Below, in pieces: positions 1 through 14,758 of a DNA stretch of 64,000 nucleotides. Both the position numbers and the translations under genes were made by a program. Position 1 is the stretch's first letter, and every line of letters starts with the position of its first letter. The notes under the pieces are model-generated. The model saw only the letters and a list, made by a program, of their open reading frames with translations, made no database searches and was not told the DNA's origin. Location of the stretch: positions 1 through 64,000 of the forward strand of contig JBEUKZ010000053.1 in the NCBI GenBank assembly GCA_048128005.1. Direction: 5' to 3'. Source of the DNA: Veleropilina oligotropha. Lineage: Eukaryota.

Positions 1-716
1 GTGAAGGTGGTGCACTTACACAATACCTGGTCCCATCCCTACAAAGTCAATAATATATTTAAATTTAATAAGATATATGTGCAGTTCTAATATAGTTTGC
101 AATAGAAGTGGTTAGAAAAATGATAATTGTGGCATCAGGTGTCCATTTCTGATGATCCGGTGGTATCTTTGAGAAGCTGTATCATATAGTTTCAGGTATC
201 AAATGAAAGCTGGGATAATGTAGAATGCTAAGAAACTATTTATTCGTGTATATTGGGGGTTATGCATTCTTATTATATATAAATAACTTGTAAAAGCTGA
301 AATATTTTGGTCCATTCCGCTAACATGAAAAAGGGGGTGTGGTACTGTCATTCAACCCCAATTTTGACAACCAATAATCCATTAAATCTGCAATATGCTT
401 ATTTTATGATGGTCAGTAGTTGACCAGCGTTCTTTTGAAGAATACATTTTTGATATGGAGCAATATTAACCACTTTAGAAACTGAAAAGAACAAGAGTGT
501 TGAATATGACGCGACATTGACGAAAAAATCGATGTTTTAAGGGTACCATCAAATATAGCTCCCAAATGGATAGTTCATCCCAGGTAATTCACTGTTACCA
601 GTTGATTTCCATCCCAGGGGACCCCAATGGTCCAGAAAAACACGGGGTCGGAGGGTTGTGGGTGGGGGGGGGGGGGGGGGGGTTGTGCAGATAAACCATA
701 CTTGGCCCATGGCCTA
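1..716. mobile_element. Right end (long TIR) of a TAG/CTA-terminated, Academ-like DNA transposon extending left of the window
   Basis: Ends ...CCATACTTGGCCCATGGCCTA at 716. About 700 bp is the reverse complement of 59709-60420, which begins TAGGCCATGAACCAGGTATGG. Confidence 0.6.
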
Positions 717-902
717 TAGGTTATGCCTATGTCACAAATACACCGGTCGCCGTGCGATGTGGGATATTCGTACGACGTCTCAGCTTCTTCGACCTTGGAG
801 AAGAATAGTAAGTTTCTGACAAAAAATTGTGCCATTGTCATATTAGATAGGTGCCCGTATACGAGCTAGCACAATTTGGCGGGCGGTAAAATCGTGCGAA
901 CA

Positions 903-985
903 TCGTAAGGTGACATTACGATTCCCTTAAGGTCACATTACGATCCCGTAAGATCACCTTACGATCCCCGTAAGGTCACCTTACA
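903..985 (+). repeat. Short tandem repeat, ~20-bp unit (TAAGGTCACMTTACGATCCC), about 4 copies
   Basis: Directly visible repeated units. Confidence 0.7.
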
Positions 986-1321
986 AACAATACACTTGGC
1001 AAAGTACCGTTTTCGGCAATAAGTGGCGAGAAATACCGCATTCTCATTGGTCGAGAAATGATATTGGCTTCTAAATCAATGGTGGAAAACCGTGTCTATC
1101 CTGCATATTAACGAGTTACATGGTCTAACCGATTTAAGCGATACAATAGTATATGACTTTAAATTTAGTTCTTCGTCATGTAAGAGGACGAAGGCGATGT
1201 CGGATTTGTCAGAATTTAAATATTTTTATTGTGGAATGTTTGATGTAAAATAACAAGATGATTTTAATTCTCAGAAGCATGTAGTGAAGTCCACCCATTT
1301 TTACATGTAAAGGTGTGATAT

Positions 1322-2004
1322 ATAGAGGAACTCACATGACTGGTAGTGTAATATCACATTTATGAAAAGAGTTTAACTAATGTTCATATTTTCCGAGGCT
1401 TTGCCGAGGAAAATATGAAAATTAGTTAAACGAGTTTCGTAAATGTGATATTACACCACCAGGAATGTGATGTTCTATTTATTACATGTTTTTGATCAAA
1501 TTAATTTAAAACAATTCACAACTTCGCTATTAGACAGTAGCGACGTTGACACTACGGCGCATTGTAAGTAAGATGGAATGACGTCATACTCACGCATTAC
1601 TTAAAATAGTGAAATTTCCTACGAAATACAATGTTTACGTTCTTGTAAAAGTATAATTAAAGATTAACAAGCAAATATGTGAAGATAAAATGCTAAAATT
1701 TTATATATGTTATCTAAATGAAAAAGAATAATGAATACTATTTGTGATCAAAATTTACAACGGTGATCCAAACATCTATGTGCGACACGTTATCGTCGAT
1801 TACGTTTTGAATTAAGTTTGGCCAGAATCGTTTCTATATAAGGCAATTTTTCGGATGACGTTTCGTCACTTGCGTTTTCATTAGTTACTTTAAGGTCTCT
1901 TTGTAAACAGCCAATTGCATTTCGATATGGCTTTTGACACGTGTAATACAACGAATAATACACAGTGCTGCACTATGGAAAAATGACCAAGACATGTGAT
2001 AAAT
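1322..2004. mobile_element. Non-autonomous hairpin-headed element (Crypton-like architecture)
   Basis: ~150-bp imperfect palindrome centred on CCGAGGCTTTGCCGAGG. It is followed by ATTTATTACATGTTTTTG, whose inverted copy CAAGACATGTGATAAAT closes the element at ~2004. Homologous to 9088-10210. Confidence 0.55.
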
Positions 2005-2521
2005 GTCATTTTCCGTTATCTTCGTAAAATATTACTTTTTTAGAAAATGTGAAATACGTCTTCCAAATAATAAAGACATATATAAGTATGATATTACCAT
2101 TTCGTGAAGTTTTTTGCAGAAAATAATTTTTCTATGAAAATAGCTATAACATTAGGGGTTGCGATACATTCGCCTTAATATTAACCATTTCATGAAGATT
2201 TTTGCAAAATATAATTTTGCTATTAAAATAGTTATTACATTAGAGGTTGCGATTACATGTCACCTTAAAGTCACCTCAACGCTTAATGTAATATCTTTTT
2301 TCGAAAATGTGAAATACGTCTGGGGTTATTACATTAGGGGGTGCGATTACATGTCACCTTAGCGTCACATCAACGCTTAATGTAATAATTTTTACATTAG
2401 CTGGCTTTATTATATTAGGGTTTGCATCATTTGTTGTTATTTATGAAAATCCACGACCACGAACACACACAAACGGCTTGTCCTTTCAATAGCTCTTATC
2501 TGTATGTACATTTTTCTGCAG

Positions 2522-2869
2522 GACACTCTTTTCTGGTATCAGGCTGTTACGGTACATGGAAGCCCATAAATTGCACACCTGGAGATATAATTAGTATTAA
2601 GAGTGCGCGGTACGGCAGTAAGAATAACTGTTCAGAAAATTCAAGCCATCCTGTTTGTTGTATATATCATATGAATGACCGTTATACAGATTGTCTGATA
2701 CCTTATACAAAAGCGAATCTTCGTGACTTATACCAATCATGTTCTTGGAAGAGTAATTGCATATTTAATGCACTGGGGATAGGAACTGGTACATGGAATA
2801 TCTCGTTATGCAAGAACAACAGACACACTTTTACAACCTATGCAGTTATTGAATACTCGTGCGTTAAAG
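2522..2869 (+). CDS. Host receptor exon: Cys-rich SUEL/galactose(rhamnose)-binding-lectin-like domain
   Basis: Acceptor ttttctgcag, donor AAAG|gtgggt, phase 1-1. Translation GCYGTWKPINCTPGDIISIKSARYGSKNNC...LYQSCSWKSNC...YAVIEYSC matches the SUEL pattern (C..G..I.I..A.YG; C....C; Y..I.Y.C). Confidence 0.75.
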
Positions 2870-3240
2870 GTGGGTGAAATCAGAACATAATCCCAATAAA
2901 TGTTATCATTTTTGGTCGATTCCGTTTTAGTGCATTGGTGAAATCGTCTTGTGAATGAGATAGTGTAGATATTTGTATATTAAATTTAACTTTCAATAAT
3001 ACTAATATGCACACCGTCACGCATAGCATGAAACACAATAACCGCACACTCTTATACTGATATGTCAGATTCTTAAACAATCTTAAATAACATTACTTTA
3101 GTAATATCATCATCCAGGTTTATTGTTACGACGTAATTTATTTATGTCATAAATGTATCGCAGCTCTTGTCTTAATTTTGAATTATTTCATTTCTTTTAA
3201 ATACTAATTATAACAGATTTAAGTATTTTTTATATTCAAG

Positions 3241-3579
3241 AAGGTAAAGTTTATGACGGATTCATTAACGGATATGAAACAGAAAGAAATGACTTACAGT
3301 TAGTGTTTTCTAACAATGTCACCAAGAGTGGGCGGACGTGTTATTTATCTTCCACTGGCGGACACCTTCAGATAAAAGCCGTTGATGTCAGACTCAACAC
3401 GACCGACGATAAAGGTGGTTGCCTTAATATCATCGATGCATATCGGAACGCTTCAGTGTCTGTGGCGTGCAACGCAACCCTACTTGAACAAGAGCTCTTC
3501 AATTCCTCGTCCAGAAAGGTTACACTGCGTATCTCGCCTGCCATCTCTCGGACTGACGTAATCTGGCTAAATATACAAG
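3241..3579 (+). CDS. Host receptor exon: CUB-like beta domain
   Basis: Acceptor tattcaag, donor CAAG|gtatgt, phase 1-1, in frame with the previous exon. Translation ...TCYLSSTGGHLQIKAVDVRL...CLNI...C...VIWLNIQ. Confidence 0.65.
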
Positions 3580-3878
3580 GTATGTGTTAACATGTCATTT
3601 ACAATGTAACATCGCACCAGATTAATGTTTCATTGTAAATATAATAGAGTACAATAACATTGAAAACATCAATAATAGCTAGCTAACTAAAGAAAATCCT
3701 TATTGTTATTAGTATCTATATTTTAGACTATCTGTCCACGGCTGTTTAAGTCATCTGGAGTCTTCGTGTTTCCTTGGCATGGAATATGATATGCGACTGT
3801 TTTTATGTTTTATTATTTGATAATAACATATATGTGTGTGTGTGATTTTAGTTATATCCTTATTCTCTATCTCTTCAG

Positions 3879-4061
3879 GAGACGGCGGGGAAAATGTGAC
3901 GGTGTCATGTTCAGATGGCGTATACAAACCATCATCACCTCCAGTTGCTACTACGACAAAAATGGTAACAGCGCTTGGCACAACCATTCCTGATATACCG
4001 CCACCAACACGGTCGACTATATGGTCAATTTCTTCGATGCTGCCAGAAAGCCACAGGCCAG
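3879..4061 (+). CDS. Host receptor exon: end of CUB-like domain plus Thr/Pro-rich stalk
   Basis: Acceptor ctcttcag, donor CCAG|gtaatt, phase 1-1. Translation GDGGENVTVSCSDG...PPVATTTK... Confidence 0.7.
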
Positions 4062-5044
4062 GTAATTTTGGCTTTTAACTGTTTTATATACGGCTATTTG
4101 TATCGCCGTACATAACACTAATAAAACTGCATTATACAATCAAATACAATATATCAAGGTCATTTTTATAGCGTCTATATGTGTATTAAAATTGATAGCA
4201 AACATGTTTATTATCGCTTTCATGTAAAATGATAATTTATCAATGAATCAGAACTATTTTTACTTTTACGTCGGTGATCTTGTAAAAATTGTTGGCATCA
4301 GTCAAGGGGATGTAAAGACCTACAGGTAATCATCTGTAGAGATCGTTTAATTCACAATAGCTTTACAGAGTTCAATTTCATAAAAGTGATATCATGTGAT
4401 ATCCCCTATGTATCGAAGGTCGGGGCTGCTATCAGGATTTATATCATCAGCGTTGTGACAATGCGTTGTCTTCTTCCAGACAAGCTCATTAAACATTACA
4501 TGTTTGAGATTAACTGTAATATAACCATGCTCTATACTGATATGAATATCAATAGCGTGTATATTATTCAATAAAAATGCATCCAACGCCATTGCACTGC
4601 CAACGGTATACTTAATCACATTCCCATGTAAAAGGCCCCCCCTTACAAACGTTATATTATATTATCCCATTTTGGCATATGTGGCCGTATTGAGACTTTT
4701 CCATATCATCGTGGAGAGAAAAACGGATCATCTCGTGAAATCATGGCCACCAGGGCCAGTTATGAACAACGGTGACTCTCACTCCACACCACACCAGCTC
4801 AATACGAGGGAACTGGAATCAACGTCTTTACCTCTTACGCCACCGATGCTGCTTTCTCATACACACCATGGAGTTGGCTATGTGAACATTTGGCCCTCTA
4901 GTGTTATTTGACCCATGATTGTTTCCAGCCAATGGTTAAGTCGGCTAGCTGGCCGGACTAAATTGAATGCCAATAGATTTGACAATTTGCTCATGTAAGA
5001 GTCGACTGTGATACCATTCTCTAGAAAACGACATGGTGGGTAAT

Positions 5045-5210
5045 TGATGTTTTAAAGGGTTACAGCTTGCAATTTACAATAGATTTCCACTGTGTGTATA
5101 ACAGATAATACAGCTGCCACTCCTCGGCATTATAAACATAACAGCCTCGTTCTCACTCGGCCTGTTATGTGTACATACCTTTTGGGCTGGCAGTGTATTA
5201 TCTATTACAT
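5045..5210. repeat. Hairpin-ended repeat, homologous to 22962-23696
   Basis: AGATAATACAGCTGCC...CCTCG..CTCGG...GGCAGTGTATTATCT palindrome, with upstream sequence shared with 22962-23020. Confidence 0.6.
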
Positions 5211-5213
5211 AAA

Positions 5214-5370
5214 CTGCTTCGGCGGGTGCGTTGATAGCGCGTCAGACATTCAACCGAGACAGCCAGGAGGCCCCGGATTCGAGGCCAACCGACGGTTTAT
5301 TCTACCGCTTAAAATAATAGATGGCACATCCCTAATTTATGTCTGTCAGATCGGAGTGGCACCTTAAACC
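5214..5370 (+). mobile_element. Degenerate tRNA-derived SINE (related copy at ~60800-60930)
   Basis: B-box-like GGATTCGAGGCC. Shares ATTCTRCCGCTTAAAA...GTCAGATCGG with 60887-60927. Confidence 0.4.
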
Positions 5371-6129
5371 GACTACGTTAAGACTAAAAATTGCCAAAGT
5401 GCTCGTAAAACAAAGTTGCAAAGTCAACCAATATACTATGTATACTGTTGGTTTTTAATCATCGAGGTTAGATTTGATTGCACATGACGATCGCATATGA
5501 TGTGATCATAATCCAATAGCTAATGCACACTATGCGGGTTTTATTGATAAATATGTATAATTTTACTAATGTAATATTATGCAATATAATAATAAAATGG
5601 CCACAACAAATCGCTTTAAGGAAGGTAGAGGAGTGTAAGATTGTTCGTTTTGTTATTCTGCGCTTATGTAAATAATATATAGTACAGCTGTCAAGTTAAA
5701 AAATAAAGAGGCATTGTGCATTTTGTGATAAAAGCATGTAATTTTCTTCAGTGCATCTACATACCATAACATTATTTTTTAGATGTGGAGCCATCTTAGA
5801 TTTTACCCCTAATGACCTTGACAAGTCAATGACCTTGAAACACGATAATTTACCATTTTAACATGATATGTAATAATAAAATGACCATATCTCCCTAGAT
5901 TTCATAGATACATTGATAGTTCTGTCTAATTTTCATGTAAAATACAATTTTCACACAAAAATTCATTCGTTGTTTCATATATTGACCTTCAAAGAATAAT
6001 GTCATCGCTTAAATGTCAGATGTAGTGACTGATTGCCATAATGTTGAAAATACCATAAGTAAATGAAATATATATGAATTGAGTGACCTGGACTATTTTA
6101 TTAACTTATTGAATAGACTGTGTAACTGA

Positions 6130-7960
6130 CCTATCTTCACACATTTGCATTGTCATGAGCATGCCTTCTTACAGCCACAGCAAACTAGTTCATAACAACA
6201 ATGTGATGCTTTTGAAAAGGTGGTCCAAAGTGGTTTCCAATCGTTTGTCTTTTCTCCATCCCCAATCTGAAGGGATTGGAAGCTCGGGACTGTGTGTTAA
6301 GGCATGATTCCAGCAGTTGGCTTGGAGGTTATTGCCTTTATAATGGCATAATGCTGCTTGTGTTGGTGATATAGTGTTCAAGGTCCTTGACTTCTACCAT
6401 AAAAGTACTTTGGGGTATCGTTTACCTAAATTACATCTTCGCAGAAATTCACCCCACTTGTTTAGAATAACTGTTTTTAGGACACCCATTCAATATATAT
6501 TGCTTAACACTTCATCAGCATAATCTTCAAAGCTGTTCTTGGTCTGAGCATCTGGACAACTGCAGCACAATCAAAGAATTTTGCATCGACAACGCAGAGA
6601 ATAATGTCTGATTTCTTTCCTTCTAATGACAATGATGCTAGTGATCCTTAGTTTTCGTGGATGAAGATGTTGTTCAGACCCCCAACCCTTGTTTATTGAG
6701 AGCTGGCAACACCGTATTGAGCAACATTGATTCCGTCTTGGCTGACCGAGAAACAGCAGTAGATACATAAAACTGATTTGTCTTCATGATAGCTGATAGC
6801 ATATTTGTGTATCTTGTTGGAAAAACTGATCTTCACCAAGAAGTCGTTTGATTGATGATGAGCACATCATGGTCTAGTCCTGAAAACTTGAAATGAATGC
6901 TGAATTAGTGAAATCCCCAGTTCAATGAAATGAATCATTCGCTGTTCCCGAGCAGGGATTATAATCTATGTTGTCAACGGCTGCTGTTGTGAAAAGTCTT
7001 TTACATATCTTAGGAGGAAACACAACGCCATCATGTTCAAAGCGGTTCAAGGTCATTTGGAAAACACATTGAAGAGTGTATCAACGAGGTTTCTATTTCA
7101 TGTGACAACATGGATCTTCAATGCAATATATCATGGAAGTAGTGATTATATATCATGGCTATGACGAAGAGTCTGACATGAACTAGCAGTTCTTGCAGTA
7201 TTCACACTATTGAACATAAGAAGTTGAGCTATAGAAATACATTCGGCGGTTCGAGCAACTTGTGTCTGATGCTTGGTCGATACTGTATCATGTTTACAAG
7301 AGCCAACAGGGATGGATGTACTGAATGTATTTGAGATATTTCCATAAATGAACCATTCAATAAAAACTTCATTTCAAACATTTCTTAGTGTACGACATGG
7401 GCTGCAAGTGCCAAATGCATCACATCATCATTGTGGTGACGTGTTACTAAGGGTACCGCCGATGTTATCATCAAGTGTCGACTACAGACACAGCGGATTG
7501 TTTAAAATGTGGTCGTAAAACTATATGGATTCGAATCAAAGCATCATCAAATAATAGTGCAAGGAGCACACCTCTCACATGCATCACTTGGGGGAGGAAA
7601 TACAGATGGTAATAGTAATTTCAGTATTGTGCTATGAATTCGGACACCGGAAGCAGTAACCAACTGTATCAAGTCAGCTAGCTGACAGATATAAATAGAA
7701 CTGTATTCGACTCGGAAGTCTTTCATATAATTGTGACACTTAATTTTGCAAATGCGATACCATGGATATTCCCATCCACACCACCTTCAACATATTTTCT
7801 CTCAACAGCTCCTGCTCTACTCTACAGCTTAACAATGTGGTGATATTTTGCCTCTAATACAATCATGTCTCTATACTAGCTGAGAGTTTTGTTAAAAGAG
7901 CAGTATATGAATATGCAAGATTCTATGTAAATCTTTGTGAAGCTAATGACACTGTGTTAG
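6130..7960 (-). pseudogene. Decayed Academ transposase remnants
   Basis: Fragments DGVVFPPKICKRLFTTAAVDNIDY (~6960-7032), PTQAAL..., PELPIPSDWGW and the C-terminal Cys cluster CYELVCCGCKKAC (~6160-6200). Many stops and frameshifts; boundaries approximate. Confidence 0.7.
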
Positions 7961-7999
7961 GTGATCTGCTAAACGATTTATAGCTGCTGCCAATAGGTA

Positions 8000-9060
8000 A
8001 AGAACAGGTCATTTATTATAGGTGGTGGCGGTGGCGATGGGCCGGTGGAAATTGTCTAATGACCGTGTCAGAAAATGATGACCCACCCCTAAAGTCTGTT
8101 ACTTTTTCATAACCCCCCCCCCCAAGACTGTGTTTTTCATGACCCACCCTCTAGGACTGTGTCAGAAAATGATGACATACCCCTAAAGTCTGTTACTTTT
8201 TCATAACCTCCCCCCCCAAGACTGTGTTTTTCATGACCCACCCTCTAGGGGTCATGAAAAACACTAGGGGTGGGTCCTGGATTTTGAACATTTTACAATA
8301 TATTATATAACAGTGTGAAACTCCCTCTTCTGCAATGCAAACGTGGTATCACTTTCTAACATTTATGGACCATTTTCACCAATCTGTATGCGTATTACAG
8401 AACGTTATGTAATTTATTTATGACACACCACCAAACACGTTTTCATGACCCACCCGAACCCCTATAGCCTGTGTTACTTTGGAAAGTGGTAGGGTTGAAC
8501 TTTTACATATTTTATTTCCATTACGTTTTACATTATGATTTGTCGGCATGGGGTTGGGCCCTATACGCGGGGGAAATTGGACAATTAACGGTGTGAAAGA
8601 ACCCCCCCTCGCATTCTGAGAGCGCAAAGATGGAATTTCCTACCACTAAGACGAATCATTATCACCCAAAAGTATATGCGTATTGCAAACCGTTGTTTCA
8701 ATTTTTCATGACACACATCCAAACACGGTCTTTTTCATGATCCACCCCCAAAGCCTGTGCAATTTTAAAAAGAGGTAGGGCAAACCTTTATAATTTTCTA
8801 TGAAATGTTCAACAATTAATATTGTGAAACCACTTCTCCTGCATTCTGAGAGAACAAACATGTGCTTTCTTGCCAACATTTATAAACAATTTTCACCAAA
8901 TTTGACCCCAAATTGAAACAGTTTTTTCTCATGACCCACATCTAAAGCCTGTGTCGTGTTGAAAAGTGGTAGGGTTCAACCTGCGTTATTTGTTATGAAC
9001 TGTCCGCATGGGGTGGGGCCCCACCAGGTGGAAAATATAAACTATTACGATATTTTATAA
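8000..9060 (+). repeat. Repeat family with recurring TTTTCATGACCCACCC motif, including a ~95-bp tandem duplication (8065-8250)
   Basis: Multiple internal copies. The same family occurs at 24290-25015. Confidence 0.65.
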
Positions 9061-9087
9061 AATTCCTTGCTAAAGTTAAGATATATA

Positions 9088-10210
9088 GATAGAGGGATCT
9101 CACATAAGTGGTCATTTAATATCACATTTATGAAACGAGTCAACTAATTTTCATATTTTCCGAGGTTTCACCGAGGAAAATATGAAAATTAGTTAACGAG
9201 TTTCATAAATGTGATATTAAATGACCACGAATGTGAGATTCTTTTTATCATATATCCTAAATTTATACAGAAACAAGCTGTAGGCCTACATGCAACGTTG
9301 ACTTTAAGTTTGTTGACACGTTCTAACATAATTATGCGGCGTAGGAATATTGCAGAATGTAAATTGTAAATTGAACGTTAACGTCATGAAAATGCTGCAA
9401 TGGATGTGAAAAATAACCCCAGTTTTACCTAATCTATAAACTATAAAGAGCAAAAATTGCTGTTAAAAAGAGAACTAATGTTGCTTAATCAATATCATAC
9501 TTATTCAACAAGCTCTATTAAAATAATATTAAATGCGCGAGGCTTCGGTGTCTATTTCATTATTTCGTCGGGAAGTTGAGCGAGTTGTCGTCTGCTATCG
9601 AATCAACTTTGGCAACTTACATATAAAGCATCACAATCATGACTAATTTGTCGGCTTTGTATATGTTCACAATTATAAACACGTTTTCACAATAATTTTA
9701 TAAATATGCAACGTTAATATGTTAATTTAATCTAAAATTGATTCGAAGCGTCAGAAAATGACGGCCATTCTCTCGAATTAAATGAACACCGATTTCGCTC
9801 AAGTGCTGCTATAATTTCTGTGAATGAAATGTACACCAACAGACTGCATAACGGAAAGTAAATTGGAAACTACTACATTGAATTTTGCATGCTATGCTAA
9901 TCAAGAGTTAAACGATCTTACCTGGATATCTGCACCTAATAGTTTTACTAAATATTGATCGTTAGTTGCACATACGAGTACTATTCCTGCAACACTGCAA
10001 TAACCACGTTCATAGTAAAACTCGTAGTATTGAAAGAAGTCCTCAATTACTAGCAATGACCTTTTGTGACCCGTTCTACAATAGGCTGTTCGGTTCCATT
10101 GATTAAATTATCCAATCAAAATTACACAGAAAGTCATAAGTTACTTGTGTATTATCGTTTTTATTAAACACTTTGTTTGCTATGTAAAATGACCCGGATA
10201 TATGATAAAT
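9088..10210. mobile_element. Non-autonomous hairpin-headed element (Crypton-like architecture), nested in Academ A
   Basis: Palindrome centred on CCGAGGTTTCACCGAGG, near-identical to 1322-1480. TTTATCATATATCC after the hairpin pairs with GGATATATGATAAA at ~10196-10209. Confidence 0.55.
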
Positions 10211-11689
10211 TATTATTAATCGATACTATTTTATGACGCTATTTTATTACAATATCTGCTTTGAGTTCACCATAAATTTCTGTGTATGAAAACGCCTAAT
10301 TATTATAGTCCGGGAGCCAAGGCCGGATTTTGGGCCCTACCCTGCAATCAGAGTTAAAGTTTTTTCTTTGCAGATTCTGGTAGACTAGGTGTTAGTCTTC
10401 AATTCCAGGTGGATGACCGCCCGTCACCCTTGATCAATTTTTTGTATTAACCCTTTTGTGTTGGGAGTGCGAAATATAACAATTGCCATAACATTGGAGG
10501 TAAGGAACACAAAATGTCCTTTAGAACCGTAGTTTTAAAAGATAATCGATCATGTGGCCCTCAAACTGTTGGTCTTGGAGAGCTCTTTACAATGGTAGGT
10601 GTTATATGCAATAATGATGTCACCAGAGGTCAAAAGGTCACCAATTTTTTACCTTGCCCAAAATCTCGAATATCGTTTAAAACGCCCTTACTTAGGCTCA
10701 AAACAAGCCTAAATTGTATATTTTACACCTAAATCTGTTTGATTAGACATCCTGCTATGATTGTAACCCAGCCATGTTCAAATGTATTGCATAATGACCG
10801 CCCTATACCAAACGAAAGACAACTGATGTGATAAAAGCGCTAAAATAGCTATTTTTGGATAGTAAAAGGGGGAATGCAAAATAATGCAGTCAGTCAACCT
10901 AGAATAACCAATGACCCATCAAATACTTGCATTTGGGGAAGTCAACAAGGTTTATTCTAAATTATGACATTTAATGTCAAACTTTCAAAGTTAAAGGTCA
11001 AGGAAATAGACAGTTAAATGCATTAGAACGTCACTAGTTCTTTCGATTAATTGACTTGATAAACTTGATTTACATCATAGATGTATAGTTATGGTTATGT
11101 AGAATCCTCTAGTACGTGCTACTTGATTCTATTATTACTGCATAACCATAACTATACATTGCTCAATTAGTAACACACTTAAAACAAAGATGGCAACACT
11201 ATATAGCATAAAACTGTTTTCAACTTTCACTGAGACCATAGCAATGAAAGTGAAACCACATGTTTGTGACTGTCATACATCAAACTTATGTCAAAAACTT
11301 CATGATCAACTTAATGTACTTTTTCCAATGTGCAATTCAATTTCCAAAAGATGTAATGAAGATGTAAGTATGACATACAAGACAAGAAGTGTGGGAGCTA
11401 CACATTATCCCATCGGCTTTGTCATAATTGGTGGAGTGTAAATTTTTAATCTGATAAAGGGGAATAACTGTTCAAATTTCTAGCAAAATGTAATTTAACG
11501 GCTACAACACAGCACTTCGTCGCAACCGAGGACAGCCCTGAGACCCAAAGACAAAGGCTGTATACCAGCCTCCCTCTGATCCGGATACGATGATGACGGC
11601 GATGATTCGCGCTCAGAAACTGACCTTTGACACTGGTCAGAGGTTTCTAGTTTTGATCTTTGACACTGGACAGAGGTTTCTAGTTTGAT

Positions 11690-13912
11690 ATGAGACCAAC
11701 ATCTTTATCGCGTGGCAGTGGAGGTGGCATGGACATATCCTGAGAGATATTCAGATGTGGTTCTCAGACTTGGATGAATGCATGCCTTAATGAGTTTTGT
11801 TGGCTCTGTAGGAACGCTGATGGCTGAAAGTGGGCTGAGTTGCTTAGCGGGAAGACATTCCCTCAGAATGTTCGAGCCTTGCGACTTGTGACCGAGTAGG
11901 TATTGAAAGACGTAATAGTAGGCCACCACTTCGACAGCACTGAAGAACTGATTGGGGTAATGTATGAAAGAGCAAATCAAACCAAGACAGTTAAACTTTG
12001 GGTAGATGTCTTGACAGTCTTACTCATGATGACCTTCATTCGAGCTGAACGGGAAGGTAACTGGCTGCTGCACCTTGCGACTTTCAAAGAAATGATTCCG
12101 TACTACTTCGTTGCCGGGCATATGTATTATGCCCGGTACGGACTCTATTACCTTCGGTCCATAGAAAAGCTCCCACCCCATATCCTTTCTCACTTCCTCA
12201 AAGGAAAACATGTCATACATCATAACCAAGGCATATGGAATGGGATCTGGAGCGACCTCTTCATAGAGTTAACTTTATGCGTAATGGGCACAGTAAAGGC
12301 AGTATAGTTGGAATCACCCTCAAGCCAGAGGCACTTAAGGTTTGGGCCCTCAGTCGACATCTGTGTGGAGAGCTCATGTCAAGCCTGACTGATATGGAGG
12401 AAGGTGAAACCAGCTATACACGGACCCAAAAACAACCACAAGGAAGAGGGAAAGGCAAGTAGAGAGGCCGATGCCAAGGACAGGGACGACATCCGCAGAA
12501 CGTTAGAGATCCTGCAGACCACACATAAAGGATAGTGAATATCATAAGTTGGAAAATTGGCAAAGCTGAGGTCAACATTCAGAATTCTGTGAGAATCGGA
12601 AGGACACAAATGGAGGAAATCGAACGGAAATGGTCAAGTGGGTTTTATGGAGGCTCCGAGCCATTCTCAAGAAGGTTGTTACCATGACTGTGACGAATCA
12701 CAACAGTTACTGGACTGGATTACAGGCATAAATGATATCTATGCGTGGGTCATTGGACTGCTGTCCAGTTCACGGGATAGTGATATCAAAAATGTTCTCT
12801 TACAGGAACTTGCACCTGTGCCAACATTGATGTTTACGGGCGATGGAATGAGGTTGCAAAGAAGAAGTGACAGTTGAAGTAGAAGTGTCAAGTAGAAATA
12901 CAGGAAAGATAAGACCGATGTGATGGTGATAGACGGTTCTGCTTTGCTTTGGGTGATCTATTGTCCCGAGGCTGGCACATTTCAGGGCTATGTTTCCAGT
13001 GTGAACGAACGTCTTCAAACGCTATTGAAGGACTATGAAGTGTACCTAGTGTTTGACCGTTACCGGGATTTCAGCACAACATCTGGAACTAGGGATGCCA
13101 GAGAGGCCTGAGCCAGTAGAGTCCACCATCTCAAGTTAAAGACTACTTTACCAGCCCAGAAAGTTGGACTAACTGTCACAGAAAACAAGAAGCAAATCAT
13201 TCAGATCATTTATGATGTACTATCTCAGGACTGGATCTTTCACACAAAAAGCACCAGCCAACACAAGCCAGTTATCACTGCAGAAAGCAACTGTCCTCTT
13301 GAAATTCACAATGAAGTGATCAGAAGACGTCATGACCTCACGACTACCCACGAGGAAGCTGACAATATTATTGTTCAGCAGGCATTGCGGTGCAGTACAG
13401 AAAGCAATTCCATTACAGTGATGTCTGATGACACCGATGATGTCTTCGTCCTCCTCGTGTACTATCATGATCGAACAGCTCTAAAATTTCCTGTGATCAT
13501 GGAATCTCCAATTAAAGACAGGACAGTCATAGACATTTGTAAAACAGCCAAACAAAGCAGGACGATCGTCCATGATCTTCTCCCAGCTCATGCCCTTTCC
13601 GGATGCGACACGGTTGCCACCTACTTCGGCATTGAAAAAGGAACGATGATCAGAGTCCTTAGGGCAGGCCAACACCTTATCTGCTGTTGGTGATGTTACT
13701 GCAAAACTAGCCGATGTCTTTAAACAAGCTACGGCATTCGTGTCAGCGTGCTATGGTAAGAAGAAATTAGTAAATATGTCGGAGATTCTCGTTCACCTTT
13801 GGGCTGCCAAAAATGGCTAGGGCGTCACCATGTCACCCAAACTGTGTTCTCTGCCACCAACCACTGAACCATTCTTAGAGAATGTAAAACGAGCGCACTA
13901 CCAAGCAATAAT
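11690..13912 (+). pseudogene. Decayed Academ transposase with XPG/PIN-like nuclease domain
   Basis: Fragments VVLRLG*MHALMSFVGSVG, FIRAEREGNWLLHL...AGHMYYARYG, WSDLFIE, VIDGSALL..VFDRY, HEEADNII..SDDTDDVFVLL..HALSGCDT and VKRAHYQAII. Frameshifted; cut off at ~13912. Confidence 0.85.
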
Positions 13913-14758
13913 GTTTCGCTATAGATTAAAATTGGGGTAAATGGGTGCCTACGTCTCATAACGACCAGGCCTACTTCATGAATTTAGAAGAATCGCGTTG
14001 AAATCTGAATGAGTTACATGTAGGCTGGTTGACTAGAAAAGCATCTAACACTTTGTCACACGTTTTATTTGCAGTGCATGACTAAGTGCACTTTGTCTGA
14101 CTTTTGACCGCAACTCCGCCGCTTCCCTTAACGAAACCGCTCTTAAACACCCACTGGTCTTGACTGAAAGTTAAACTTTCACTCAAGACCCGCTGATGCT
14201 TAGATTAATAGTATATATATTAAAATAGTGAATATAATTCAGTAATTTAACTTATATCAGTAACTTGCAGTTTTGGCTATTTGCAAAAACAGATTTGGTG
14301 ACTTCTAAAAATAAGGTCTTTAAACCTTCACCAATCAAACACCTTCCTGGGCTTGTTACTAATTTTGTTAACTTCCCAGGTGTGTAGACTCTACATGTAT
14401 AGGATACTACAATAAATAAAGTACGATATTTTCAACGCATTTTAATATTGACCATTTTGTATCGAAACATTAATGATTAACAGGCCCACTATTGGGTGAT
14501 CCTTTACCCACGGTAAACCCCGCACATAGATAGGTAAACATCCTAAGCCATGGTCTCCCGGAAAAAGGAGGAAAACAGTTACATTTAAGGACTCAGTGGT
14601 TACCCATGAAGATAACATTATGTAGATGCTGAATAAAAGAACATAATCATAACGGATTATACTTTCACTACAATTAAAATTACTAATGCATGTTATATAC
14701 AACAACAATAAGCAAAGTTGGTACCCTTGGCAAGATACTAATTCCCTATTAAATATAT